DNA from: Eledone cirrhosa
Taxonomy: Eukaryota
Assembly (NCBI GenBank): GCA_964016885.1
Contig: OZ024743.1
Span: forward strand, 133,238,001 to 133,302,000
Direction of reading: 5' to 3'
DNA: 64,000 bases
Positions 1 through 13,000 of the stretch are shown one piece after another. Made by a program: the position numbers and the translations under genes. Numbering within the stretch: the stretch's first letter is position 1; every line of letters starts with the position of its first letter. The notes under the pieces are model-generated. The model ran no database searches and was not told where the DNA came from. It saw nothing but the letters and a program-made list of their open reading frames with translations.

Positions 1-3000
1 TTGTGTTTGCTGCTAGGTGCTTGGTGCTTGGTGTTAGGCGTTTGGTGCTTGGTGCTTGGTGTTTGATGTTTGGTCCTTGGTGCTTGGTGTTTGGTATTTG
101 GTGCTTGGTGCTTGGTGTTTGGTGTTTGGTGCTTGCTGCTTGCTGCTTGGTGTTTGGTGCTTGGTGATTGGTGCTTGGTGTTTTGTGCTTGGTGCTTGGT
201 GTTTGGTGTTTGGTGCTAGGGGCTTGGTGCTTGGTGCTTGGTGTTTGGTGCTTGGTGCTTGGTGTTTGGTGTTTGGTGCTTGGTGCGTGGGACTTGGTGT
301 TTGGTGCTTGGTGTTTGGTGCTTGGTGCTTGGTGCTTGGTGTTTGATGTTTGATCCTTGGTGCTTGGTGTTTGGTGCTTGGTGCTTGGTGTTTGGTGTTT
401 GGTGCTTGCTGCTTGCTGCTTGGTGTTTGGTGCTTGGTGATTGGTGCTTGGTGTTGGGTACTTGGTGCTTGTTGTTTGGTGTTTGGTGCTAGGTGATTGG
501 TGCTTGGGGTTTGGTGCTTGGTGCTTGGTGTTTGGTGTTTGGTGCTTGGTGCCTGGGGCTTGGTGTTTGGTGCTTTGTGCTTGGTGCTTGTTGTTTGGTG
601 CTTGGTGCTTGGTGCTTCGTGTTTGGTGTTTGGTGTTTGGTGCTTGGTGTTTGGTGCTTGGTGCTTGGTGCTGGGTGGTTGGTGTTTGGTGCTTGGTGCT
701 TGGTGTTTGGTGCTTGGTGCTTGGTGCTTGTTGTTTGGTGCTTGGTGCTTGGTGCTTGGTCTTTGGTGCTTGGAGTTTGGTGGTTGGTGCTTGGTGCTTG
801 GTGTTTGGTGTTTGGTGTTTGCTGTTTGGTGTTTGCTGTTTGGTGTCTGCTTTTTGGTGTTTGGTGTTTGCTGTATGGTGTTTGCTGTTTCGTATTTGGT
901 TTTTGCTGTTTGGTGTTTGGTGTTTGCTGTTTGCTGTTTGGTGTTTGGTGTTTGGTGCTTTGTGCTTGGTGCTTGGTGTTTGGTGTTTGGTGCTTGGTGC
1001 TTGGTGTTTGGTGCTTGGTGCTTGGTATTTGGTGTTCGGTGCTTGGTGCCTGGTGCTTGTTGTATGCTGTTTGGTGCCTGGTGCTTGGTGTTTGGTGTTT
1101 GGTGTTTGGTGCTTGGTGTCTGGTGTTTGGTGTTTGGTGTTTGGTGCTTGGTGCTTGGTGTTTGGGTTTTGCTGCTTGGTGCTTGGTGTTTGGTGTTTGG
1201 TGCTTGGTGTTTGGTGCTTGGTGTTTGGTGCTGAGTGCTTGGTGTTTTGTGCTTGGTGCGTGGTGCTTGGTGTTTGGTGTTTGGTGCTTGGTGCTTGGTG
1301 TTTGGTGTTTGATGCTTGGTGTTTGATGCTTGTTGCATGGTGCTTGGTGTTTGGTGCTTGGTGCCTGGTGCTTGGTGTTTGGTGCTTGGTGCTTGGTGCT
1401 TGGTGTTTGGTGCTTGGTATTTGGTGCTTGGTGCTTGGTGTTTGGTGCTTGGTGTTTGGTGCTTGGTGTTCGGTGCTTGGTGCTTGGTGTTTGGTGCTTG
1501 GTGTTAGGTGATTGGTGCTTGGTGCTTGGTGTTTTATGTTTGATCCTTGGTGCTTGGTGTTTGGTGCTTGGTGCTTGGTGTTTGGTGTTTGGTGCTTGGT
1601 GCCTGGTGCTTGTTGTATGCTGTTTGGTGCTTGGTGCTTGGTGTTTGGTGTTTGCTGCTTGTTGTCTGGTGTTTGGTGCTTGGTGTTTGGTGTTTGGTGC
1701 TTGGTGCTTGGTGCTTGGTATTTGGTGTTTGGTGCTTGGTGCTTGGTGTTTGTTGTTTGGTGCTGGGTGCTTGGAGTTTGGTTCTTGGTGCTTGGTGCTT
1801 AGTGCTTGGTGTTTGGTGTTTGGTGCTTGGTGTTGGGTGTTTGGTGTTTGATGCTTGGTGTGTGCTGCTTGGTGCTTGGTGCTTGGTGTTTTTTGTTTGG
1901 TGCTTGGTGCTTGGTGCCTGGTGCTTGGTGCTTGGTGCTTGTTGTTTGGTGCTTGGTGCTTGGTGATTAGTGTTTGGTGCTTGGTGCTTGGGGTTTGCTG
2001 TTTGGTGCTTGGTGCTTGGTGTTTGGTGTTTGGTGTTTGGTGCTTGGTGTCTGGTGTTTGGTGTTTGGTGTTTGGTGCTTGGTGCTTGGTGTTTGGGTTT
2101 TGGTGCTTGGTGCTTGGTGTTTGGTGTTTGGTGCTTGGTGTTTGGTGCCTGGTGTTTGGTGCTGAGTGCTTGGTGTTTTGTGCTTGGTGCGTGGTGCTTG
2201 GTGTTTGGTGTTTGGCGCTTGGTGCTTGGTGTTTGGTGTTTGATGCTTGGTGTTTGATGCTTGTTGCTTGGTGCTTGGTGTTTTGTGTTTGGTGTTTCGT
2301 GCTTGGTGTATGTACTTGTTGCTTGGTTCTTGGTGTTTGGTGCTTGGTTCTTGGTGTTTGGTGCTTGGTGCCTGGTGCTTGTTATATGCTGTTTGGTGCT
2401 TGGTGCTTGGTGTTTGGTGTTTGCTGCTTGGTGTCTGGTGTTTGGTGCTTGGTGTTTGGTGTTTGGTGCTTGGTGCTTGGTGCTTGGTATTTGGTGTTTG
2501 GTGCTTGGTGCTTGGTGATTGTTGTTTGGTGCTGGGTGCTTGGAGTTTGGTGCTTGGTGCTTGGTGCTTAGTGCTTGGTGTTTGGTGTTTGGTGCTTGGT
2601 GTTGGGTGTTTGGTGTTTGATGCTTGGTGTGTGCTGCTTGGTGCTTGGTGCTTGGTGTTTTGTGTTTGGTGCTTGGTGCTTGGTGCCTGGTGCTTGGTGC
2701 TTGGTGCTTGTTGTTTGGTGCTTGGTGCTTGGTGATTAGTGTTTGGTGCTTGGTGCTTGGGGTTTGCTGTTTGGTGCTTGGTGCTTGGTGTTTGGTGCTT
2801 GGTGCTTGGTGTTTGGTGTTTGGTGCTTGGTGCTTGGTGTTTGGGTTTTGGTGCTTGGTGCTTGGTGTTTGGTGTTTGGTGCTTGGTGTTTGGTGCTTGG
2901 TGTTTGGTGCTGAGTGCTTAGTGTTTGGTGTTTGACGCTTGGTGTTTGATGCTTGTTGCTTGGTGCTTGGTGTTTTGTGTTTGGTGTTTGGTGCTTGGTG

Positions 3001-6000
3001 TATGTACTTGGTGCTTGGTTCTTGGTGTTTGGTGCTTGGTTCTTGGTGTTTGGTGATTGGTGCTTGGTGCTTGGTGTTTGGTGCTTGGTGCTTGGTGTTT
3101 GGTACTTGGTGCTTGGTATTTGGTTTTTGATGCTTGGTGTTTGATGCTTGGTGCTTGGTGCTTGGTGTTAAGTGTTTGGGGCTTGGTGCTTGGTGCATGG
3201 TGCTTGGTGTTTGCTGCTTGGTGCCTGGTGCTTGGTGTTTGGTGCTTGGTGCTTGGTGCTTGGTGTTTGGTGCTTGGTATTTGGTGCTTGGTGCTTGGTG
3301 TTTGGTGCTTGGTGTTTGGTGCTTGGTGTTCGGTGCTTGGTGCTTGGTGTTTGGTGCTTGGTGTTAGGTGATTGGTGCTTGGTGCTTGGTGTTTGATGTT
3401 TGATCCTTGGTGCTTGGTGTTTGGTGATGGTGCTTGGTGTTTGGTGTTTGGTGCTTGCTGCTTGCTGCTTGGTGTTTGGTGCTTGGTGATTGGTGCTTGG
3501 TGTTGGGTACTTGGTGCTTGTTGTTTGGTGTTTGGTGCTAGGTGCTTGGTGCTTGGTGCTTGGGGTTTGGTGCTTGGTGCTTGGTGTTTGGTGTTTGGTG
3601 CTTGGTGCTTGGGGCTTGGTGTTTGGTGCTTTGTGCTTGGTGCTTGTTGTTTGTTGCTTGGTGCTTGGTGCTTCGTGTTTGGTGTTTGGTGTTTGGTGCT
3701 TGGTGTTTGGTGCTTGGTGGTTGGTGCTGGGTGGTTGGTGTTTGGTGCTTGGTGCTTGGTGTTTGGTGCTTGGTGCTTGGTGCTTGTTGTTTGGTGCTTG
3801 GTGCTTGGTGCTTGGTCTTTGGTGCTTGGAGTTTGGTGGTTGGTGCTTGGTGCTTGGTGTTTGGTGTTTGGTGTTTGCTGTTTGGTGTTTGCTGTTTGGT
3901 GTCTGCTTTTTGGTGTTTGGTGTTTGCTGTATGGTGTTTGCTGTTTCGTATTTGGTTTTTGCTGTTTGGTGTTTGGTGTTTGGTGCTTGGTGCTTGGTGT
4001 TTGGGTTTTGGTGCTTGGTGCTTGCTGTTTGGGTTTTGGTGCTTGGTGCTTGGTGTTTGGTGTTTGGTGCTGAGTGCTTGGTGTTTTGTGCTTGGTGCGT
4101 GGTGCTTGGTGTTTGGTGTTTGGTGCTTGGTGCTTGGTGTTTGGTGTTTGATGCTTGGTGTTTGATGCTTGTTGCTTGGTGCTTGGTGTTTTGTGTTTGG
4201 TGTTTGGTGCTTGGTGTATGTACTTGGTGCTTGGTTCTTGGTGTTTGGTGATTGGTGCTTGGGGCTTGGTGTTTGGTGCTTGGTGCTTGGTGTTTGGTAC
4301 TTGGTGCTTGGTGTTTGGTTTTTGATGCTTGGTGTTTGATGCTTGGTGCTTGGTGCTTGGTGTTAAGTGTTTGGGGCCTGGTGCTTGTTGCATGGTGCTT
4401 GGTGTTTGGTGCTTGGTGCTTGGTGCTTGGTGTTTGGTGCTTGGTATTTGGTGCTTGGTGCTTGGTGTTTGGTTCTTGGTGTTTGGTGCTTGGTGTTCGG
4501 TGCTTGGTGCTTGGTGTTTGGTGCTTGGTGTTAGGTGATTGGTGCTTGGTGCTTGGTGTTTTATGTTTGATCCTTGGTGCTTGATGTTTGGTGCTTGGTG
4601 CTTGGTGTTTGGTGTTTGGTGTTTGGTGCCTGGTGCTTGTTGTATGCTGTTTGGTGCTTGGTGCTTGGTGTTTGGTGTTTGCTGCTTGTTGTCTGGTGTT
4701 TGGTGCTTGGTGTTTGGTGTTTGGTGCTTGGTGCTTGGTGCTTGGTATTTGGTGTTTGGTGCTTGGTGCTTGGTGTTTGTTGTTTGGTGCTGGGTGCTCG
4801 GAGTTTGGTTCTTGGTGCTTGGTGCTTAGTGCTTGGTGTTTGGTGTTTGGTGCTTGGTGTTGGGTGTTTGGTGTTTGATGCTTGGTGTGTGCTGCTTGGT
4901 GCTTGGTGCTTGGTGTTTTTTGTTTGGTGCTTGGTGCTTGGTGCCTGGTGCTTGGTGCTTGGTGCTTGTTGTTTGGTGCTTGGTGCTTGGTGATTAGTGT
5001 TTGGTGCTTGGTGCTTGGGGTTTGCTGTTTGGTGCTTGGTGCTTGGTGTTTGGTGTTTGGTGTTTGGTGCTTGGTGTCTGGTGTTTGGTGTTTGGTGTTT
5101 GGTGCTTGGTGCTTGGTGTTTGGGTTTTGGTGCTTGGTGCTTGGTGTTTGGTGTTTGGAGCTTGGTGTTTGGTGCTTGGTGTTTGGTGCGGAGTGCTTGG
5201 TGTTTTGTGCTTGGTGCGTGGTGCTTGGTGTTTGGTGTTTGGCACTTGGTGCTTGGTGTTTGGTGTTTGATGCTTGGTGTTTGATGCTTGTTGCTTGGTG
5301 CTTGGTGTTTTGTGTTTGGTGTTTCGTGCTTGGTGTATGTACTTGTTGCTTGGTTCTTGGTGTTTGGTGCTTGGTTCTTGGTGTTTGGTGATTGGTGCTT
5401 GGTGCTTGGTGTTTGGTGCTTGGTGCTTGGTGTTTGGTACTTGGTGCTTGGTGTTTGGTTTTTGATGCTTGGTGTTTGATGCTTGGTGCTTGGTGCTTGG
5501 TGTTTAAGTGTTTGGGGCTTGGTGCTTGGTGCATGGTGCTTGGTGTTTGGTGCTTGGTGCCTGGTGCTTGGTGTTTGGTGCTTGGTGCTTGGTGCTTGGT
5601 GTTTGGTGCTTGGTATTTGGTGCTTGGTGCTTGGTGTTTGGTGCTTGGTGTTTGGTGCTTGGTGTTCGGTGCTTGGTGCTTGGTGTTTGGTGCTTGGTGT
5701 TAGGTGATTGGTGCTTGGTGCTTGGTGTTTGATGTTTGATCCTTGGTGCTTGGTGTTTGGTGCTTGGTGCTTGGTGTTTGGTGTTTGGTGCTTGTTGCTT
5801 GCTGCTTGGTGTTTGGTGCTTGGTGATTGGTGCTTGGTGCTTGGTGCTTGGTGTTTGGTGCTTGGTGCTTGGTGCTTCGTGTTTGGTGTTTGGTGTTTGG
5901 TGCTTGGTGTTTGGTGCTTGGTGCTTGGTGCTGGGTGGTTGGTGTTTGGTGCTTGGTGCTTGGTGTTTGGTGCTTGGTGGTTGGTGCTTGGGGTTTGGTG

Positions 6001-9000
6001 CTTGGTGCTTGGTGCTTGGTGCTTGGTCTTTGGTGCTTGGTGTTTGGTGTTTGGTGCTTGGTGCTTGGTGTTTGATGCTTGGTGCTTGGTGATTGGTGTT
6101 TGGTGCTTGGTGCTTGGTGCTTGGTCTTTGGTGCTTGGTGTTTGGTGTTTGGTGCTTGGTGCTTGGTGTTTGATGCTTGGTGCTTGGTGATTGGTGTTTG
6201 GTGCTTGTTGCTTGCTGCTTGGTGTTTGGTGCTTGGTGATTGGAGCTTGGTGCTTGGTGCTTGGTGTTTGGTGCTTGGTGCTTGGTGCTTCGTGTTTGGT
6301 GTTTGGTGTTTGGTGCTTGGTGTTTGGTGCTTGGTGCTGGGTGGTTGGTGTTTGGTGCTTGGTGCTTGGTGTTTGGTGCTTGGTGGTTGGTGCTTGGGGT
6401 TTGGTGCTTGGTGCTTGGTGCTTGGTGCTTGGTCTTTGGTGCTTGGTGTTTGGTGTTTGGTGCTTGGTGCTTGGTGTTTGATGCTTGGTGCTTGGTGATT
6501 GGTGTTTGGTGCTTGGTGCTTGGTGCTTGGTGTTTGGTGTTTGGTGTTTGCTGTTTGGTGTTTGCTGTTTGGTGTCTGCTTTTTGGTGTTTGGTGTTTGC
6601 TGTATGGTGTTTGCTGTTTCGTATTTGGTTTTTGCTGTTTGGTGTTTGGTGTTTGCTGTTTGGTGTTTGGTGTTTGGTGTTTGGTGCTTTGTGCTTGGTG
6701 CTTGGTGTTTGGTGTTTGGTGCTTGGTGCTTGGTGTTTGGTGCTTGGTGCTTGGTGTTTGGTGTTTGGTGCTTGGTGCCTGGTGCTTGTTGTATGCTGTT
6801 TGGTGCCTGGTGCTTGGTGTTTGGTGTTTGGTGTTTGGTGCTTGGTGTCTGGTGTTTGGTGTTTGGTGTTTGGTGCTTGGTGCTTGGTGTTTGGGTTTTG
6901 GTGCTTGGTGCTTGGTGTTTGGTGTTTGGTGCTTGGTGTTTGGTGCTTGGTGTTTGGTGCTGAGTGCTTGGTGTTTTGTGCTTGGTGCGTGGTGCTTGGT
7001 GTTTGGTGTTTGGTGCTTGGTGCTTGGTGTTTGGTGTTTGATGCTTGGTGTTTGATGCTTGTTGCTTGGTGCTTGGTGTTTTGTGTTTGGTGTTTGGTGC
7101 TTGGTTTATGTACTTGGTGCTTGGTTCTTGGTGTTTGGTGCTTGGTTCTTGGTGTTTGGTGATTGGTGCTTGGGGCTTGGTGTTTGGTGCTTGGTGCTTG
7201 GTGTTTGGTACTTGGTGCTTGGTGTTTGGTTTTTGATGCTTGGTGTTTGATGCTTGGTGCTTGGTGCTTGGTGTTAAGTGTTTGGGGCTTGGTGCTTGTT
7301 GCATGGTGCTTGGTGTTTGGTGCTTGGTGCCTGGTGCTTGGTGTTTGGTGCTTGGTGCTTGGTGCTTGGTGTTTGGTGCTTGGTATTTGGTGCTTGGTGC
7401 TTGGTGTTTGGTGCTTGGTGTTTGGTGCTTGGTGTTCGGTGCTTGGTGCTTGGTGTTTGGTGCTTGGTGTTAGGTGATTGGTGCTTGGTGCTTGGTGTTT
7501 TATGTTTGATCCTTGGTGCTTGATGTTTGGTGCTTGGTGCTTGGTGTTTGGTGTTTGGTGCTTGGTGCCTGGTGCTTGTTGTATGCTGTTTGGTGCTTGG
7601 TGCTTGGTGTTTGGTGTTTGCTGCTTGTTGTCTGGTGTTTGGTGCTTGGTGTTTGGTGTTTGGTGCTTGGTGCTTGGTGCTTGGTATTTGGTGTTTGGTG
7701 CTTGGTGCTTGGTGTTTGTTGTTTGGTGCTGGGTGCTTGGAGTTTGGTTCTTGGTGCTTGGTGCTTAGTGCTTGGTGTTTGGTGTTTGGTGCTTGGTGTT
7801 GGGTGTTTGGTGTTTGATGCTTGGTGTGTGCTGCTTGGTGCTTGGTGCTTGGTGTTTTTTGTTTGGTGCTTGGTGCTTGGTGCCTGGTGCTTGGTGCTTG
7901 GTGCTTGTTGTTTGGTGCTTGGTGCTTGGTGATTAGTGTTTGGTGCTTGGTGCTTGGGGTTTGCTGTTTGGTGCTTGGTGCTTGGTGTTTGGTGTTTGGT
8001 GTTTGGTGCTTGGTGTCTGGTGTTTGGTGTTTGGTGTTTGGTGCTTGGTGCTTGGTGTTTGGGTTTTGGTGCTTGGTGCTTGGTGTTTGGTGTTTGGAGC
8101 TTGGTGTTTGGTGCTTGGTGTTTGGTGCGGAGTGCTTGGTGTTTTGTGCTTGGTGCGTGGTGCTTGGTGTTTGGTGTTTGGCGCTTGGTGCTTGGTGTTT
8201 GGTGTTTGATGCTTGGTGTTTGATGCTTGTTGCTTGGTGCTTGGTGTTTTGTGTTTGGTGTTTCGTGCTTGGTGTATGTACTTGTTGCTTGGTTCTTGGT
8301 GTTTGGTGCTTGGTTCTTGGTGTTTGGTGATTGGTGCTTGGTGCTTGGTGTTTGGTGCTTGGTGCTTGGTGTTTGGTACTTGGTGCTTGGTGTTTGGTTT
8401 TTGATGCTTGGTGTTTGATGCTTGGTGCTTGGTGCTTGGTGTTTAAGTGTTTGGGGCTTGGTGCTTGGTGCATGGTGCTTGGTGTTTGGTGCTTGGTGCC
8501 TGGTGCTTGGTGTTTGGTGCTTGGTGCTTGGTGCTTGGTGTTTGGTGCTTGGTATTTGGTGCTTGGTGCTTGGTGTTTGGTGCTTGGTGTTTGGTGCTTG
8601 GTGTTCGGTGCTTGGTGCTTGGTGTTTGGTGCTTGGTGTTAGGTGATTGGTGCTTGGTGCTTGGTGTTTGATGTTTGATCCTTGGTGCTTGGTGTTTGGT
8701 GCTTGGTGCTTGGTGTTTGGTGTTTGGTGCTTGTTGCTTGCTGCTTGGTGTTTGGTGCTTGGTGATTGGTGCTTGGTGCTTGGTGCTTGGTGTTTGGTGC
8801 TTGGTGCTTGGTGCTTCGTGTTTGGTGTTTGGTGTTTGGTGCTTGGTGTTTGGTGCTTGGTGCTTGGTGCTGGGTGGTTGGTGTTTGGTGCTTGGTGCTT
8901 GGTGTTTGGTGCTTGGTGGTTGGTGCTTGGGGTTTGGTGCTTGGTGCTTGGTGCTTGGTGCTTGGTCTTTGGTGCTTGGTGTTTGGTGTTTGGTGCTTGG

Positions 9001-9064
9001 TGCTTGGTGTTTGATGCTTGGTGCTTGGTGATTGGTGTTTGGTGCTTGGTGCTTGGTGCTTGGT
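1..9064 (+). repeat. 5' domain: diverged ~2.7-3.1 kb higher-order repeat family
   Basis: Marker GTCTGCTTTTTGG...CGTATTTGGTTTTTGC recurs at ~845, ~3901 and ~6574. Matching ORFs are offset by 3027 (1512->4539) and 2939 (4539->7478, 5274->8213, 5708->8647). TTGATCC and TGAGTGC/GGAGTGC variants were seen only here. Confidence 0.8.
4430..9064 (+). repeat. Near-identical ~1.7 kb direct repeat, ~4430-6125 and ~7370-9064 (offset 2939)
   Basis: Shared private variants: GCGGAG (~5188/~8127), 8-bp monomer TTAAGTGT (5504/8443), ATGTAC (5337/8276). Boundaries approximate. Confidence 0.85.
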
Positions 9065-10084
9065 GATTAGTGTTTGGTGCTTGGTGCTTGGTGCCTGGTG
9101 CTTGGTGCTTGGTGCTTGTTGTTTGATGCTTGGTGCTTGGTGATTAGTGTTTGGTGCTTGGTGCTTGGGGTTTGGTGTTTGGTGCTTGGGGTTTGGTGTT
9201 TGGTGCTTGGTGCTTGGTGTTTGGTGTTTGGTGCTTGGTGCTTGGTGTTTGATGTTTGGTCCTTGGTGCTTGGTGTTTGGTGTTTGGTGCTTGGTGCTAG
9301 GTGTTTTGTGTGTGGTGCTTGCTGCTTGGTGCTTGGTGTTTTGTGTTAGGAGTTTGGTGCTTGATGTTTGGTGCTTCGGTCTTGGTGCTTGGTGTTTGGT
9401 GTTTGGTGTTTGGTGTATGGTGCTTGGTGCTTGGTGTTTGGTGCTTCGTGCTTGGTGCTTGGTGTTTGGTGCATGGTGCTTGGTGTTTGGGGCTTGGTGC
9501 CTGGTGCTTTGTGTTTGCTGCTAGGTGCTTGGTGCTTGGTGTTAGGCGTTTGGTGCTTGGTGCTTGGTGTTTGATGTTTGGTCCTTGGTGCTTGGTGTTT
9601 GGTATTTGGTGCTTGGTGCTTGGTGTTTGGTGTTTGGTGATTGCTGCTTGCTGCTTGGTGTTTGGTGCTTGGTGATTGGTGCTTGGTGTTTTGTGCTTGG
9701 TGCTTGGTGTTTGGTGTTTGGTGCTAGGGGCTTGGTGCTTGGTGCTTGGTGTTTGGTGCTTGGTGCTTGGTGTTTGGTGTTTGGTGCTTGGTGCGTGGGA
9801 CTTGGTGTTTGGTGCTTGGTGTTTGGTGCTTGGTGTTTGGTGCTTGGTGCTTGGTGCTTGGTGTTTGGTGTTTGGTGCTTGGTATTTGGTGATTGGTGCT
9901 TGGTGCTTGGTGTTTGGTGCTTGGTGCTTGGTGCTTGGTGCTTGGTGTTAAGTGTTTGGGGCTTGGTGCTTGGTGCATGGTGCTTGGTGTTTGGTGCTTG
10001 GTGCCTGGTGCTTGGTGTTTGTTGCTTGGTGCTTGGTGCTTTGTGTTTGGTGCTTGGTGTTTGGTGCTTGGTGCTTGGTGTTTG

Positions 10085-13000
10085 GTGCTTGGTGTTAGGT
10101 GTTTGGTGCTTGGTGCTTGGTGTTTGATGTTTGGTCCTTGGTGCTTGGTGTTTGGTGCTTGGTGCTTGGTGTTTGGTGTTTGGTGCTTGCTGCTTGGTGC
10201 TTGGTGCTTGTTGTTTGGTGCTTGGTGCTTGGTCTTTGGTGCTTGGTGTTTGGTGTTTGGTGCTTGGTGCTTGGTGCTTGGTTTTTGGTGCATGGTGCTT
10301 GGTGCTTGGTGTTTGGTGCTTGGTGCTTGGTGCTTGTTGTTTGGTGCTTGGTGCTTGGTCTTTGGTGCTTGGTGTTTGGTGTTTGGGGCTTGGTGCTTGG
10401 TGTTTGGTGCTTGGTGCCTTGTGCTTGGTGTTTGGTGCTTGGTACTTGGTGTTTGGTGATTGGTGCTTGGTGCTTGGTGTTTGATGCTTGGTGCTTGGTG
10501 CTTGGTGCTTGGTGCTTGGTGTTCTGTGTTTGGTGCTTGGTGCTTGGTGCTTGTTGTTTGGTGCTTGGTGCTTGGTGATTAGTCTTTGGTGCTTGGTGCT
10601 TGGTATTTGGTGTTTGGTGTTTCGTGATTGGGGTCTAGTGTTTGGGTTTTGGTGTTTGGTGCTTGGTGCTTAGTGTTTGGTGTTTGGTGCTTGGTGCTTG
10701 GTGTTTGGTGTTTGGTGTTTGGTGCTTGGTGCTTGGTGCTTTGTGCTTAGTGTTTGGTGCTGGGTGTATGGTGTTTGGTGCTTGGTGCTTGGTGCTTGGT
10801 GTTTGTTGTTTGGTGCTTGGTACTTGGTGTTTGGTGTTTGATGCTTGGTGTTTGATGCTTGTTGCTTGGTGCTTGGTGTTTTGTGTTTGGTGTTTGGTGC
10901 TTGGTGTATGTACTTGGTGCTTGGTGTTTGGTGCTTGGTTCTTGGTGTTTGGTGCTTGGTGCTTGGTGCTTGGTGTTTGGTGCTTGGTGCTTGGTGTTTG
11001 GTGCTTGGTGTTTGGTGTTTGGTGCTTGGTGTTTGGTACTTGGTGCTTGGTGCTTGGTGTTAAGTGTTTGGTGCTTGGTGTTTGGTGCTTCGTGCTTGGT
11101 GCTTGGTGTTTGGTGCATGGTGCTTGTTGTTTGGGGCTTGGTGCCTGGTGCTTTGTGTTTGGTGCTAGGTGCTTGGTGCTTGGTCTTTGGTGTTTGGTGC
11201 TTGGTACTTGGTGCTTGGTGTTTGGTGCTTGGTGCTTGGTGCTTGGTTATTAGTGTTTGGTGTTTGGTGCTTGGCGCTTGGTGTTTGGTGCTTGGTGCTT
11301 GGTGCTTGGTGTTTGGTGTTTGGTGCTTGCTGCTTGGTGCTTGGTGTTTGGTGCTTGGTGCTTGGTGCTTGGTGTTTGGTGCTTGGTGCTTGCTGTTTGG
11401 TGTTTGGTCTTTGGTGCTTGGTGCTTGGTGTTTGGTGTTTGGTGTTTGGTGTTTGGTGTTTGGTGCTTGGTGCTTGGTGTTTGGTGCTTGGTGTTTGGTG
11501 CTTGGTGTATGTACTTGGTGCTTGGTGCTTGGTGTTTGGTGCTTGGTTCTTGGTGTTTGGTGCTTGGTGCTTGGTGCTTGGTGTTTGGTGCTTGGTGCTT
11601 GGTGTTTGGTACTTGGTGCTTGGTGTTTGGTGTTTGGTGTTTGGTGTTTGGTGCTTGGTGCTTGGTGCTTGGTGTTAAGTGTTTGGTGCTTGGTGCTTCG
11701 TGTTTGGTGCTTCGTGCTTGGTGCTTGGTGTTTGGTGCATGGTGCTTGATGTTTGGGGCTTGGTGCCTGGTGCTTGGTGTTTGGTGCTTGGTGCTTGGTC
11801 CTTGGTGTTTGGTGTTTGGTGCTTGGTGCTTGGTGTTTGGTGCTTGGTGTTTGGTGCTTGGTGTTCGGTGCTTGGTGCTTGGTGCTTGGTACTTGGTGTT
11901 AGGATTTTGGTGCTTGGGGCTTGGTGTTTGGTGTTTGGTGCTTGGTGCTTGGTGTTTGGTGTTTGGTGCTTGGTGTTTGGTGTTTGGTGCTTTGTGCTTG
12001 GTGTTTGGTGCTGGGTGTATGGTGTTTGGTGCTTGGTGCTTGGTGCTTGGTGTTTGGTGTTTGGTGCTTGGTACTTGGTGTTTGGTGTTTGATGCTTGGT
12101 GTTTGGTGCTTGGTGCTTGGTGTTTGGTGCTTGGTGTTTGGTGTTTGGTGCTTGATGTTTGGTACTTGGTGCTTGGTGCTTGGTGTTAAGTGTTTGGTGT
12201 TTGGTGCTTGGTGTTTGGTGCTTGGTGCTTGGTGCTTGGTGTTTGGTGCATGGTGCTTGGTGTTTGAAGCTTGGTGCCTGGTGCTTTGTGTTTGGTGCTA
12301 GGTGCTTGGTGCTTGGTCTTTGGTGTTTGGTGCTTGGTGCTTGGTGCTTGGTGTTTGGTGCTTGGTGCTTGGTGCTTGGTTATTAGTGTTTGGTGCTTGG
12401 TGCTTGGGGTTTGGTGTTTGGTGCTTGGTGCTTGGTGTTTGGTGTTTGCTGTATGGTGTTTGCTGTTTCGTGTTTGGTGTTTGCTGTTTGGGGTTTAATG
12501 CTTGGTGCTTGGTGCTTGGTGTTTGGTGCTTGGTGCTTGGTGCTTGGTGTTTCGCGTTTGCTCTTTGCTGTTTGGTGTTTGGTGCTTGTTGTTTGGTGTT
12601 TGGTGTTTGGTGTTTGGTGTTTGGTGCTTGCTGTTTGGTGCTTGGTGCTTGGTGTTTGGTGTTTGGTGTTTGGTGCTTGGTGCTTGGTGGTTGGTGCTTG
12701 GTGCTGGGTGTTTGGTGCTAGGTGCTTGGTGTTTGGTGCTTGGTGCTTGGTGCTTGGTGCTTGGTCTTTGGTGCTTGGTGTTTGGTGTTTGGTGCTTGGT
12801 GCTTGGTGTTTGGTGCTTGGGGCTTGGTGTTTGGTGCTTGGTGATTGCTGCTTGGTGTTTGGTGTTTGGTGCTTGGTGCTTGGTGCTTGGTGATTAGTGT
12901 TTGGTGCTTGGTGCTTGGTGCCTTGTGCTTGGTGCTTGGTGCTTGTTGTTTGGTGCTTGGTGCTTGGTGATTAGTGTTTGGTGCTTGGTGCTTGGTGCCT

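Noticed and set aside
669-680. Chi-like motif GCTGGGTGG
   Set aside because: It is not the E. coli Chi GCTGGTGG and is simply a variant monomer (TGGGTGG) copied with the HORs.
3168-5534. Long minus-strand ORFs of (TKHQAPS/TPN)n, up to 788 aa, resembling mucin-like or repeat proteins
   Set aside because: The consensus heptamer has no stop in any frame, so long ORFs are expected. All frames give the same peptide, variants ignore codon position, and there are no unique termini or domains.
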